A stretch of 64,000 bases of DNA from Octopus sinensis (GCF_006345805.1 NC_043005.1:87978001-88042000); one strand, 5' to 3'; shown: positions 12,099 to 29,172, counted from the first letter of the stretch. A program made the numbers and translations. The notes: generated by a model not told the origin, from the letters alone.

Positions 12099-12728
12099 AT
12101 GTGATTCATATTTTGTATATTTATATAAACATGTATCGATCTATATATGTATATGCATATCTATATATATATATATATATCCATAGGTTTATTTATGTGT
12201 GTGTGCATGTGTGAGTGTCTCTATGTACAGATGGAAAGATTAACATACCAATGGAGATAACTCTATATTCACACAAAGGTATGCTGGTATACGCGTATAT
12301 TTGCGTTTAATTCTGTCTTAGTGTCTTGTGTAGGCGCGTATAGCCACATATTCGTGCATATTTAGCATTTTTGACGTGTATATTTAAATGTGTGTGCATG
12401 AATATATGCAAACTACTACTATGTGTGTATGTATATATATATAGACGTTTGTGTATGTATACATTTTTACACATAGTGTGCAACTATATATCATATGTGT
12501 TTATATATAATATATATATATAATATAATATATATATATCTGTATATATATATATGCGTGGTGTGTGTCTATGCAAGATGTGTATATATATATATAATAT
12601 ATATAGACACAACACACAAGTATCTCATATGTTTATGTATGCACGCATACTTAATTAATATGTATATATATATATATATATTTATACATATATTCATATA
12701 TATATATCTATATATATTTATACTTATA

Positions 12729-12767
<39 letters not shown>

Positions 12768-12795
12768 ATATGTGTATATATATATATATTATATA

Positions 12796-12844
<49 letters not shown>

Positions 12845-14233
12845 GCATAAATATATCTCATGCTTTCTACTTCACCAACTATCAACAAAAACAAAAATCA
12901 AAGCAGAACAAAAACCATTCGTATTTTCCGTCTTTTTTTTTTGCATATATCCTTGTTATTTCATTTGTTTATTTCTTTAATTATTTATTTATTTTCGAAA
13001 GGAAGAATATTTCCATCTCTTTTAGTTTCCATCATCTCATCTCTATCGATGTATTTGTTTGTCATCAAATATGTGATATGCAATATTGGAATCGGGAATT
13101 CAGATTTTAAGTGGAATTGCTTTTGGTATCTTTTATTTCATCCCTGTTGTTTGTTTTATACGGTTTTGTTTTTGTCCGGTGGTTGTTGCCTTTCATTATT
13201 TTGTTGAGGTTTTTTTCTCCAACTTCTATGTTTCAGTGTATATGTGCGTATTTGTGTTTATTTGAGTGCGTTTGTGTGTGGAGGTGTTTTATTTTGGTTT
13301 TTTATTAGTCTATGGAATGGAGAGGCGGAAAGGTTTTCAACAGAGTTCTTCACTCATGCCCAATGGGGACTTTTTTTTTGCCCATATTTAGTAATTCAAT
13401 ACTTTCATATAGCATTGGTTTTTATCCTGAAACAATTTATTTTGTATATATATTTATATAATAAAGCTATATATTTATACATTTAAATGGGTTTCTTTTC
13501 TGTTTTCGTTTTTGATTTGTTTGTATTTTTTTTCACCAATGATGTTTATTCAAAATGGTGTGGAACGAAACCAACATCTGTTGTGCAATAGAATCCTTCT
13601 AGCACGGAGCCAAAATCCTCATTTGAAAAAACGTTTAAATATTTAAATGCTTACTATCAGCATCCATCTTATCAAACAAAATTATAGCCGTTTGCTCCGT
13701 TAAATCATTTTCTCCAGTATTTCTATGGTTTATACCGAAATTTGAAACACTAAATTTTCAATAAACTTAGTATTAATAGAAATAATTATCTTTGAGTTGT
13801 ACTAATGAGATATAAAGACCTGAATCCTGAATCTACAGTTAATGCAGAAAAAGACCGCGTAGAATGTATAACTTAAGCTAGATTTGAACATTTTCTGTTT
13901 TATAATTCAAGGTTATCAAAGCAGATGAAAGGAAGATCCTTTTTAAAATTTTAGCACTGAATACTAAATTTTAAATGGGTTCGAACTTTCACCCTCTGCT
14001 TTAAATTGGGCATTAAATAATTACTTCTAACTCAACGTCTTCAACACAAAAAAAGACAGACGTAAATAGTTCGTTTATTTCGAGATAATTGTTCAACAGG
14101 AAGGCAGACTGACACGACACACATAGTGTGTGTGTGTTGTGTATAAATTTATGCATACAGAAATATCTATATATACATATGTGTTAATATCACTTTTAAT
14201 ATTTACACATATGTATATATATATATATATATC

Positions 14234-14323
<90 letters not shown>

Positions 14324-14639
14324 AGACACAAATAATTAAAGAGACCTTGATATCATGTAAATAGAGGAATTTATCTGTAAATATATGTGACAATTATTCG
14401 ATAGCCATGATAAAACTCCATATTTATATATATATAATTACATATTTATATGTTAATATCTATTTTAATTAAGGCGGCGAGCTGGCAGAATCGTTAGCAC
14501 ACCAGGCTAATGAGGTCAATAAAGAAACATGTAACCAACTGAGGTAGTTACCAGCCGATGTATGTCCCTTAACAAGCAGGGCTCGTATTTTAACACTCAA
14601 ATCATGCAATCTTCTTAATTGAATATAGGTAGAATAAGG

Positions 14640-14892
14640 ACATGTTGTATCCTTGAGCAAGACACTTTATTTTTCGTTGCTCCAGTCCACTCAACAGGCA
14701 AAAAGAGTCGCAGCTGTAATTTAAATGGCCCTACTTGTCACATTCTGTGCCCCGTTTAATTTTCATGAGAACTACGTTTAGGATATGCGTGTCCATGGAG
14801 TACTCATCCACTTGCACGTTAATTTCACGAGCTGGCTGTTCCGTAGATCGGATCAACTGGAATGCTCGTCGTCGTAACCGACGGAGGTCCAG
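14640..14892 (+). mobile_element. SINE body related to family d (a family-a head fragment lies at 14473-14505)
   Basis: ccttgagcaagacactttatttt.cgttgctccagtccactc matches the 24424 copy; distinct 3' tail ...gatcggatcaactgg...gtcgtaaccgacgg. Confidence 0.75.
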
Positions 14893-15374
14893 TGTTGGAA
14901 GGGTTCATTTTTGAAACGTTTCCTCTCGAGATCTAATCGTCTTCTCTATCCTGAGTCAAAGATAGGAGGAATCGCTTCCATCCGTTTCAATAACGTTTCT
15001 CAATTTCAGTTAAAGACAGGCACAGGCATGATGGCTGTGTATTTAAGAAATTTACCTCCAGCCACGTGCTTTTGGTTTTGGTCCTACAGCCTGAAGCCTT
15101 GTTAAACTGTCTTTTTTATATCCCTCGGCCGAACGTGGTTTTCTGAACAGATTTGCCCAATGGAAACTGTAGAAATCCCGTCGAGCACAGATACACACAT
15201 ACACACATACACACATATACACATACACACATATACACACATGCATATATGTATGTACGGGCATATGTCTGTATGTTTGCATATATGCATGATTGAACGT
15301 GTCTATGAGTGTGTGTGTGTGTGCGTGTGTGTCTGTGTATTCGCTCACTTCGTTCACATCTTGTCTTGACGTTA

Positions 15375-15595
15375 TGTGCAAGTTGTTAATAAGCACCACC
15401 GTCATTCAACTGGTGTCCTTTGTTTCCGATCTTCTATGAAAATATATCCGGCCATGAGGAAATATTGTTTTGCATGGATGCAAGTTAAGATTGACAACAA
15501 AAAAGGCATCCGACCATACAAAATCTTCCTCAGTATATTCCGCCCGATCTATGTAAACATGTATAAGTCAATTTTAAAAGATGATCGTCATCACC
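15375..15595 (+). mobile_element. Degenerate SINE 3' part with (GAT/CAT)n-type tail
   Basis: ...aaaggcatccgaccatacaaaatc... block followed by a gatgatcgtcatc tail. Confidence 0.5.
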
Positions 15596-15899
15596 ATTAG
15601 TATTATCAGTATCACCATCGTTTCAACTTGTTATTGAGCTTTTCCAGCTCTATTCTCTTTCTCAACATCTGACCTACAAAGCTTAGTAATCTAAAGCTTT
15701 ATTTCTTTCTCTATCATAGTGAGTAGGTATGTTGTGTGTTTCTGCTCTTAAACGTATATTCTGTTAATAACCTTTTTTTTTTCAATCAACATCATCCACA
15801 ATTAATAAAGGCACACTAAAGCCTTTCTGAGTCACATATCATTGAATAGACAGAATATTGTGCAGTTACAATTGAATTCTAATGGGTAGATTTGACTTA

Positions 15900-16900
15900 T
15901 GCTTAAAGGAATATTTAATTCTATAGCTTAGAGCTTAACGTGTGGCAAAGTCTCCTATACAATTACGGCTATCTTTAAAGCTGTCTCTATTGACAGCTTG
16001 TGATATTTCTGTTTGAGGATTAACAGAAATTCTAATCGTCTATATACAATCATAAAAAACAAATCTAGGTACCAGCGTTAGAAGAATAGCATCCTATATA
16101 TACTCGGACAAAAAAAAAATATTTAATTACACGTCTCTCTGTTATAATGATGTGCTGAAGAAAATCGAATTTGAAGAGAAACCGGAATGAATACAGTAAT
16201 GGAATCCATAGAACAAAAATAAAAGCGAAAAACCAAAATAATCATTTGGTTCAAACTTCCCTTTAGCATTGAAATAGTGTCTAACGCAGCTCAATATTTT
16301 CTAGCGTTTATCAAAAATCATTTCTCCAGCATCAACACATACCACAAGCTATTCAGAATAAAAAACATGGTAACAGATAACTTTAATTTTCTTTATGGGA
16401 AACATCAGCATTCTTATAGCTGGAAGCAGAGAATTACTAACACACATGGAATTGTACCAGCCACTAGAATGCAATTGAAGCAACACAATAGCCTGCCATT
16501 TCAATTGCATACGTCTTACAAAAGCATAAGTGTATTGAACCAAATATCATCCGAAAATAGTATTCAGGGGAATAACACAGGTCTCGCGAAAATTGTATTT
16601 CAGGGCATCATTCAAAAACGACAAATCGAATTCTTCTGAAATGGAAATAAAATAAAAGATCGCGCAGACTTTTCCAGGTTGTGTGGGTTGAAGGCGAATA
16701 TAACATACACTTCAGTAAGTTTTCGAATTTGCCATTACCTTAATGATCAAAAGATACCTTGTCTGGATGAGAAATGAAATTCTCATATAAAGGTCTTCTT
16801 AGATACTAGACAAATAGGATATCCCTAACAGAATCCTCACAATCTACAGGACGGGTAGAGTTCTACATATTACAGGAACTAGCTGACACCGAAATACCAT
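15900..16900 (+). pseudogene. Penelope-like element remnant (RT thumb/linker and GIY-YIG endonuclease), heavily decayed
   Basis: IIWFKLPFS...FLAFIKNHF...YHKLF (~IIWFNPPFS...HF...HKLF), then CN*SN..ACHFN..LTK.VY (Cys-rich linker) and GIT..S.K..F..SFKN. Confidence 0.7.
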
Positions 16901-17114
16901 ATGAAGATGGTTACAAATTCTAGGAGGTAATCAAGAGGGAGAGGGAGAAGGGGAGAGAGGGAGAGAAAGACGGAAAGAGAGACTAGAGTCATGCCTCTTC
17001 ATCTTAAGATAAATTAAATTTTGGATAAGGTAGAGATGAGATATTTCTCGATATTGAACTCGTTGATCACATCTAGTGTTGCGGCTAAACAAAAGTTACA
17101 TACAGATAGACAAA

Positions 17115-19363
<2,249 letters not shown>

Positions 19364-19719
19364 TAGATATATATATATATATTATATATATTATATATAT
19401 ATATATATATATGGATAGATAGATAGATATATAGATATAAGTATGCACATATACCTTTGTATATATGCATATATATATATTATTTATAATATTAATTATA
19501 TGAAAAATATATTGTCGTTAAGGAATCCTAAGTTAACCCGTCGGCGATATAATTTCAGCTTATCGAACTTCGAAATGGGAAAGGCCTACAACATTTGACA
19601 ACAATAAGTTATTATTGTTCCTGAAAGTTATATTTTATATCTACCATGGGCTGCTCGAACCTTACAAATTTCCTACACTTGGATCCTTCGATCTTACAAG
19701 TGCAACATTTTATAAATGA

Positions 19720-19768
<49 letters not shown>

Positions 19769-19771
19769 CTA

Positions 19772-19877
<106 letters not shown>

Positions 19878-19989
19878 TGCACATATGTGTGTATATGTGT
19901 ATATATGTATGTTTGTATGCACCGGGTTACAGGTGTACGTAAGCAAATAGAGGATTCAACGTGAACCTCTAACTGCCATTTTCCAACAC

Positions 19990-20700
19990 CAAAATCAAAT
20001 CTCGTAGCACTCCACGGTTAACACGGTTAATACAACTGTTTCTTCTTAACGTCAAGTCAACTCATGCCAAACATTCGCTGTTCTTATAGAGAAACATTTC
20101 TTAATTCATCGCCACTTCAGAAAACTTTTAAATACAACCTGTTTAAAATTCACCTATAGCTACGCTCTAAACATGAACAACATCGCTACGCGTAGGCCAA
20201 GGGAATCGCCTGAAGCAAGTTGCTCGTGCAGAAATATCAACGAATTTCCGCTCAGTCAATCGTGTAATGTTGAATCCATAGTATAAGAAGCAGAATGCAC
20301 CTTTACGAAACTGAACCAATTGATAGAGTGTAAAAATACATAGGAATATTTGAAGGCAGATTCTTGCAACATTATTTCAAACATTCTTCGTCATTCAAAT
20401 ATTTGGAAGGCAGAATCTCGCAATTTTATCAAGCTACAGTTAGTGACTAAAGTAACACAACACCGATTATAATATTAAATAGTATCCTCAAATAAATTAG
20501 ACCCTATATAAATAACAGAAAACTTGCAACACTTGTAAAAATCAATAAAGCCTCATATTTAAGAAAAAACTAATGCTATGGAGAACCATATCGCTAAACC
20601 TGAACTTTTTCTGAAATGCCGACAATTTGATAATTACCTACTGAAATCCTAGAAATTTACACAATCACCATATTAAACTGAGCTACAGTGAACTATCAGC
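19990..20700 (+). pseudogene. Second Penelope-like GIY-YIG remnant
   Basis: LIEKHF..HRHFRKLLNTTCLKFTYS, SCSCRNINEFPLSQSCNVESIV*EA and KYIGIFEGRFLQHYFKHSSSFK resemble the PLE linker and GIY-YIG. Confidence 0.7.
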
Positions 20701-21982
20701 CACACAACTATTTTACTTGATACATTTCTTCTTACTTTCTTTACTTTTATGTATATCAAGAATTCGTTTATCTAACCCTGCAATCTAAACCTTAACTGTT
20801 ACAGTCGGACTTTAAAACAATGCCTTACAGTCTGACTTCTAAAACAATACCTGTGAACAGAGATCCACTCTACTATTGTGATTTTATTACATATATACAT
20901 TTCCATCTTCAATGTACTGCAAGCCATTTCTATCACCTAATTTACTTATATATCGATTGATTATATTATTATATTATACAGCTTTGCATTCTTTTCTCTT
21001 ACCTTCCTCTTCGAACTACGTCATCCCTGCTACCGCACCATCTCCATTCCTTTCACCTTTCCCATTTCGTTCTTTCCCTTGTTTTGATTTTATTCCGAAA
21101 TAATTTTCATCTATCTCATTTTTTTTCTTTGTTTTGGTATATCAAAGTACTTGATGAACTCATATATCATTCTCATATTCGTGTTATTACTTAGAAATAA
21201 CCATAGCCTGATATTTCAGTGTGCAGAAATACACACACAAACACAAACACAGACACACACACACACATTTCTTTCCTTGTTATCTTTATGTGTGTAAGCA
21301 TACGTGTAGGTGATCGTATCCGTATGCGTTTGAGCCCGAAATATATTTTCTTCGATTTTTTTTCACTTGTAGAATTAGTGCCTTTTTCTTATTTCATTTT
21401 CGTTTTTATCTCTTGGGATACCTTTTCATTTCCGAACTGCCATCTATTGTTTATCGGTATGTATGGGAGAAGTGTGTGTGTGTATTCTACTTCTTAAAGC
21501 CTCGACACTAGCACAGCAGTGGTGTCAGCCACGATCATCAACCACATCTCCCTACGACTACAAGTGACAACCACAAATCCAAGCGCCTTTCGTATGAGCT
21601 AGACTTACGATTTTAAGGTCAAGTTTCTATTCTCAAATCTATCGGAAAATTGTTTTTTTAAGCAAAAGACAGTCGGGTCAGCTGAAAATGAGTACATGAA
21701 AATGGCGGTTAAGACTTCGACGGACTGACATCTCGTTTAGCTGGTGAGTCTTCTACTCAAAGTATCATAACAGCTCAGAACCAGTGTAATCTCAGCCCAA
21801 ATAAAGTTCTGGGTTTATTTCAAACTTTTATATACACATAGATTTTATGTGTGTGTATGCGTGCTTAAATACGCAACTATACAGGGTATGCGGGGGGGGG
21901 GGCGAATATACATACATAGGCGCAATTATGCGAATAAACATATGTATCTTTAGATATACACATATAGCTACATGCAACAATG

Positions 21983-22056
<74 letters not shown>

Positions 22057-22413
22057 CAGATAGATAGATAGAAAGATAGATAAAGAGGCAGACAGACAGA
22101 CAGACAGATAGATATCTATCTATGTGTGCATCTGCAAGTATATGTATATATATATATCTATGTGTGAGGTATATTGATAAATATTTACATATATTTGTGT
22201 TCTACGTATATTAGTATATATTCCTGCCTATGAATATATATATGCATATATGTATTTCGTTTATATAAATATCTATACCTATATATACATATATACATGT
22301 ATAAAAATATGCTTATATATGCATATACATAATATATGTGCATACATATATATATATATATATATATTTCTATACATACATATACTATATATGTATATAC
22401 ATACATATACATA

Positions 22414-22455
<42 letters not shown>

Positions 22456-22631
22456 TCGAATGTACACACACACATATATATATCATATTTATTTACTTCT
22501 AATGACATTTTTTCACATATTTAATTTATACCATATTGTTTTCGCTGCTGTTGTTTTTCGTAATATTATTATTGTCTCCGTCTACTTTTGTTGTTGGCTG
22601 CTACTGCTCTTTCTGTTGCTGATGCCACAAC

Positions 22632-22664
<33 letters not shown>

Positions 22665-22744
22665 TGTTAGTGGTGTTTGTGATCATTTCAGTGGTTCACT
22701 TTACATTTTTAAATTTTTTTTCTTTTCATTTTGTGATTACTCTC

Positions 22745-23760
<1,016 letters not shown>

Positions 23761-24423
23761 TGTTTTAGCATTATCATTTTGTTTTAATATTATCGTTATT
23801 ACTGTTACATTATTAATATTATTGTTATTGTTATTACTAATATCATTATTATTGTCGGTTATTTCAATTATTGTTATATTTTTGTTATATTTTATTAACG
23901 TTCTATCAAAATTGTTTCAATGAAATTTGGTGTAAAAAAAATCTAATGAGAATCATAAATATATAATTGAATTTTTTCACGATTTGTTTTTTTATTTTTG
24001 TTTGATTTTATTTATTGTCCAAACTTTAAGGGAAATAAATAAATATTTTTATCTCCGAAAACTTAATTTTTGGTTTGTATTTTCTGATGCATGAGTGATT
24101 GATTAAAATTTTACAAAATAAAAAAAAATAAATTATAAAATTTTACATAAATATTTAAAAGAAGTAAAAATCAGATATTTGATTCTATCAGGAAAATAAC
24201 TTTGTAATGGAGTTGCTAAATTTTGTACTTTGTGATTCCATGTTCAAATGCTATTTATGGTTAAGAATTTAGAATTATTTCGGTTTTCTGGGAGAATATT
24301 ATATGAGGACGATAATGCTCTCCTAAGGATAATTCGGGGATATATTAATCAAACCAGCTTATATAGAAAATGACAGTTTGGCCGAAATCTCTAAGAATAT
24401 GGTCATCCAGGTAATATCTATAG

Positions 24424-24750
24424 AGTATCCATGGCTCAATGGTTAGAGTGTCGGGCTCACAATCATGAGGTAGTGAGTTCGATTCCCGGACCGGATTGTG
24501 TGCTATGTTCTTGTGCAAAACACTATTTCATGTTGTTCTAGTTCACTCAGCTGTAGAAATGAGTTGCGACGTCACTGGTGCCGAGCTATATCGGCCCCTT
24601 TGCCTTTCCCTTCGGCAACATCGGTGGCGTGGAGAGGAGAGGCTGGTATGCATGATGACTGCTGGTCTTCCATAAATAACCTTGCCCGGACTTGTGCCTC
24701 AGAGGTGAAATTTCTTGGTGCAATCCCATGGTCAATCATAACCGAAGGGT
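24424..24750 (+). mobile_element. tRNA-derived SINE, family d
   Basis: A-box tggctcaatggttagag and B-box gagttcgattccc; body ends gaccgaagggttt. Confidence 0.88.
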
Positions 24751-24844
24751 TTTTTTTTACCACTCAATATGTTGACACTACGCTTCTTCGATTGATATTT
24801 CAACACAATAGCTACAAAATATATATACCCTGTCAACATTTAGG

Positions 24845-25215
24845 CTGTGAGGTAAGAAGCTTGACTCCCAACCTCATGGTTCCAGGCTTAGTCCTGCTGC
24901 ATGGTACCATGGGCAAGTGTCTTCTACCTCGGACCTACCACAGCCTTTTAAGTGGAATTGGTAGACGGAAACTGAAAGAAGCCTGTCCTATGAAGATATG
25001 TGTGTGTGTATATGTGTGTGTATGTGTTTGTCCCCGCCACCGATTGACAACCAGTGTTGGTATGTTTACGTCGCTGTAAGTTAGCGTTTATGCAAAAGAG
25101 ATCTATAAAATAAGTAGCAGATTTAGAAATATAAGTGCTGCGGTTGATTCATTCGACTAAGAATTCTGCAAGGCGGTGCCCCAGCATGGCCGCAAGTCTT
25201 ATGACTGAAACAAAA
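24845..25215 (+). mobile_element. SINE family b
   Basis: Head, central ggatttggtagacggaaactg-like block and tail ggcggtgccccagcatggccgc. Confidence 0.88.
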
Positions 25216-25322
25216 GGAAAAGTACTCAGTCATTCGGTTTATTCAATCAACCAAGTCAATATCTACACATAGTATCCATGTTGTGACAATGTTTAACGTG
25301 TCAATACACGCGCGCGCGCGCA

Positions 25323-25367
<45 letters not shown>

Positions 25368-25377
25368 TATATTCTTG

Positions 25378-25565
25378 CACTTGTTTCAGTTATTTGACTG
25401 CAGTCATGCTGGAGCACCGCTTTTAGTCGAAGAAATCGACTCCAGGACCTATTCTTTCTAAGTCAAGAACTTATTTCATCGGTGCCTTTTCCCGAACCGC
25501 TAAGTTACGGGAACGTAAACACACCAACATCTATTGTCAAGCGATGGTGGGAAGACAAACACAGA
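25378..25565 (-). mobile_element. SINE family b, 3' half
   Basis: cttgtttcagttatttgactgcagtcatgctggagcaccgc. Confidence 0.85.
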
Positions 25566-25614
25566 CGCACAAAGATATACACACACACACCCATATATAC
25601 ATACATATATACAT

Positions 25615-25658
<44 letters not shown>

Positions 25659-25671
25659 ATATATATATATA

Positions 25672-26218
<547 letters not shown>

Positions 26219-26248
26219 CTATATACGTATGTATATATATATATATTC

Positions 26249-26304
<56 letters not shown>

Positions 26305-26402
26305 GCAAATTAGTATATCTAGTCTTTTGTAGTTACTGTATCAGTTGAGTATACAAATAGATTATGCGCTTCTTTCTCGGGGATGGATCAAACTTATGGA
26401 TT

Positions 26403-26447
26403 CCTCTCTGACGAGAATTCGATAAAATTCGAAAATCGATTAATGTT
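26403..26447 (+). ncRNA. Hammerhead motif with intact core but broken stem I (same family as 29055-29097)
   Basis: CUGACGA-GAAUU-cgauaa-AAUUC-GAAA-AUCGAU-UA; flanks align with the minus-strand copy at 28975-29128. Confidence 0.6.
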
Positions 26448-27038
26448 CTTCTTTAATCTACACATAAGCTACTAAATTAACCCTATTTATATTCGTACTA
26501 TATAGGTTACAATATCTACACAAAATATTCATGTTGTGACCAGGCGATGACCATATAAATATACTGATGCTGTATTCTCAATTTCAGTTTTGATTTAGTA
26601 AAATTTAAAAAATCATTTATGCATCAGGAAAATGCAAAACAAAGATTAAAATTCCGGAGATTAAAAAATTATTTCTTTCAAAAGTTTAGCCATATGAAAT
26701 ATGAAAGAAAAAGAAACAGATAAAGACAAAATGTGAAAAAATTCGAAAGGATATTTATGCTTAGAGTTAGATATGTTTGCGTTAAATTTATGCACTGTAT
26801 TTGAAAACACTATTTCTTCTCCGTGTCAGGTATCCATCCTATCAACATCTATTATACTCATTATATAAAACCACATATTCAACAAACATTTAAACATTAG
26901 AAAGGTTTCTATCTAAGCAATGTGTACAACCATTTTTACCATGAAATATGCTTGAGGCGTATTCGAACATACAAGAAAGCCATGCACTGTGTTTTGTCAT
27001 GAAGGAAATTTCTTGTTGTAGACAAATATGTGTATATT

Positions 27039-27644
27039 TAGCGCTGGATTAACCATTAATCATAATAATCACGTGTTCATGGCATCATAGGCAGTGGGAG
27101 CACCACAGAAATAGTAAATTGTTTACGGCACAAAAGAAATCACTTTAAACTTGATAAAACAATTTTCCAAGTAGTGTATATGATCGGGAATATAATTTCA
27201 ACGTGTTAATGGCAGCAAAGTACGGATTTGATCAAAGACTTAACAATTAGAAAAAAAGTATTATTATTATTATTATTATCATCATCATCATCATCATCAT
27301 CATTATTATTATTATCTTTCAGGTCACTGCCTGGAATCGAACTCGGAATCTTGGGGTTAGTAGCTCGCGCTCTTAACCACTGCGTCATATACCCGTGGGC
27401 ATATGGCGTAGTGGTTAAGAGCGCAGGCTAGAAAAAAGTAAAAGAAAGCTTTTGAAATATAAAGTGGAAGCATAAAAAGATAAAATAAACATTTTTTTTT
27501 TTGCTATCTTGCTCTTTTTCATTTTGAAAAACAAAAAAAAATCATTTTATGGCTTATTATTGTTTAAATTTTGAATTACATATATATGGTGTCATCAAAA
27601 TCTTTTAAGTGCTTAGGGTCACAATGGGCCTTAATCCGGCCCTG
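27039..27644. mobile_element. hAT-type MITE
   Basis: TIRs tagcgctggattaa and ttaatccggccctg (11/14 match). 8-bp TSD tgtatatt / tgtatata (7/8) once the adjacent Tigger insertion is removed. Confidence 0.6.
27317..27430. mobile_element. Head-to-head palindromic tRNA-derived element inside the MITE
   Basis: A minus-strand tRNA-like unit (A-box tggttaag, B-box gagttcgattcc) is fused via a 2-nt centre (27395-27396) to a plus-strand copy of its first 34 nt; arms match 29/34. Confidence 0.8.
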
Positions 27645-27648
27645 TGTA

Positions 27649-28190
27649 TAGTAATCCCTCACTTTAAGAGGACCTGCTTCACGGGACCCCCGGTTTACCG
27701 GTTTTATTTTTCAAGCACAAGATGCAAATGTTGAAAGAAGTGCAAAAGTTCTTACCACCATAACAAATGCTTCATATTGATACAATCTTACCGAGAAATT
27801 TACAGAGAGGTAAATAACTCTCTAAGCAAACAACTCTAAGCTTGATTTTTAAAAAGAAATCTACAAATCTGTCTACGAGTGCTTGTGAATCGGCGATCTC
27901 GTCTACAAGTGATGGTGTGCGCGATTCTACTGCCTGTTTAAGTGATTCAGAAAACGATTATACTTTTTTTATTATAAATGATCTTGACATTCTTTTTACT
28001 TTACATAAAACATTCTTTATATTCTACCGTTTTTTTATTGCCCTTTATTTACGAGTATTATAAATTGTATCGGTAAAATATTTTTCTAGGAACGATTTAC
28101 AACTATACGAAATTATTGCTTTGTTTTACGAGTTTTTACTTTACGAACGGTCTCCGGGAACAAATTAACTCGTATAGCGAGACATTACTG
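27649..28190 (+). mobile_element. Tigger/pogo (Tc1-mariner superfamily) internal-deletion derivative
   Basis: TIRs (c/t)agtaatccctc / gacattactg, TA target duplication, and a remnant transposase C-terminus YREIYRE...KQTTLSLIFKKK. Confidence 0.75.
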
Positions 28191-28526
28191 TATATATATA
28201 TCAAGCCATCTCATGCAGCCGCCTAACCAGAGTGTGGGATGCACGTATTTCGGGGTGGTTATCTCCTCTTCAGTTACAGAGGCCGGAAAGGCAGACGCTG
28301 CGAACTAACACAAAAGACAACTCCATCTTATAATATTTCCATCACCATTCAATGATTGGTTGCACTATTCATCGTCTCGCCTTAACCAAAATATGGAGTG
28401 ACAGCGCTAAGCGGTGGTGTGCACAAATACAAACTTGTTACCAGTTCAATACATATTTTCTGTCAACATCTACACACTGCTTATGCTGTCAACACGTCGA
28501 CATCGTGTATAATAAGTCAACATATC

Positions 28527-28758
28527 TGTTTCTTTATTGCCCACAAGGGGCTAAACATAGAGGGGACAAATAAGGACAAACAAACAGATTAAGTCGATTA
28601 CATCGACCCCAGTGCGTAACTAGCACTTAATTTATAGACCCCGAAAGGATGAAAGGCAAAGTCGGCTTCGGCGGAATTTGAACTCAGAACGTAACGGCAG
28701 ACAAAATACGGCTACGCATTTCGCCCGGCGTGCTAACGGTTCTGCCAGCTCGCCGCCT
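28527..28758 (-). mobile_element. Full-length SINE family a with a 17-bp target-site duplication
   Basis: Complete head to tail; flanked by taataagtcaacatatc (28510-28526) and taattagtcaacatatc (28759-28775). Confidence 0.95.
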
Positions 28759-29054
28759 TAATTAGTCAACATATCATCGAATTATACTTGGTGATTTTAA
28801 ACTCAGGGGTCTTATTGGTTTGATTTAGTTCAATGCAAATTTATCCTGAAGAGTGTTTGTCTGAAACTCAGAGCGATATATTTTGACTGTGATTCCATTT
28901 CATTGAGTGCTGTTTCGTTTGACTTGTGACAATTGATCAACCACTCAAATGTGTCTCTGTGTGTATAAATACATATATACGGAGCCTATGGAGTAGATTA
29001 CATGACAAGCGCTAATTTAGCCGTTTCTCTGTAAACAAGATAAAATGGCGAACA

Positions 29055-29097
29055 ACCTGAATCGATTTTCGAATCTTGTTGGATTCTCATCAGAGGT
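29055..29097 (-). ncRNA. Canonical minimal type I hammerhead ribozyme in a ~150-bp pLTR-type fragment (~28975-29128)
   Basis: ACCU-CUGAUGA-GAAUC-caacaa-GAUUC-GAAA-AUCGAU-UC/AGGU: all core nucleotides present, 4-bp stem I, 5-bp stem II, palindromic stem III AAUCGAUU, cut between 29059 and 29058. Confidence 0.88.
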
Positions 29098-29172
29098 GTC
29101 TGCATCGGTTTGACCAATCCTAGATGCACAGAGAGAGAGGGGGAGAGAGAGAGAGAGAGAGAGAAAGAACGA

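Noticed and set aside
11924-12109. ORF containing a run of X
   Set aside because: Artefact of the 100-N gap.
16150-16185. ctgaagaaaatcgaatttgaag hammerhead-like string
   Set aside because: No GAAA adjacent to the stem and no stem I or III; it lies inside a coding remnant.
28840-28880. ctgaagagtgtttgtctgaaactcagagcg hammerhead-like string
   Set aside because: Stem II does not pair, there is no UH site and no stem I; at best a very decayed copy.
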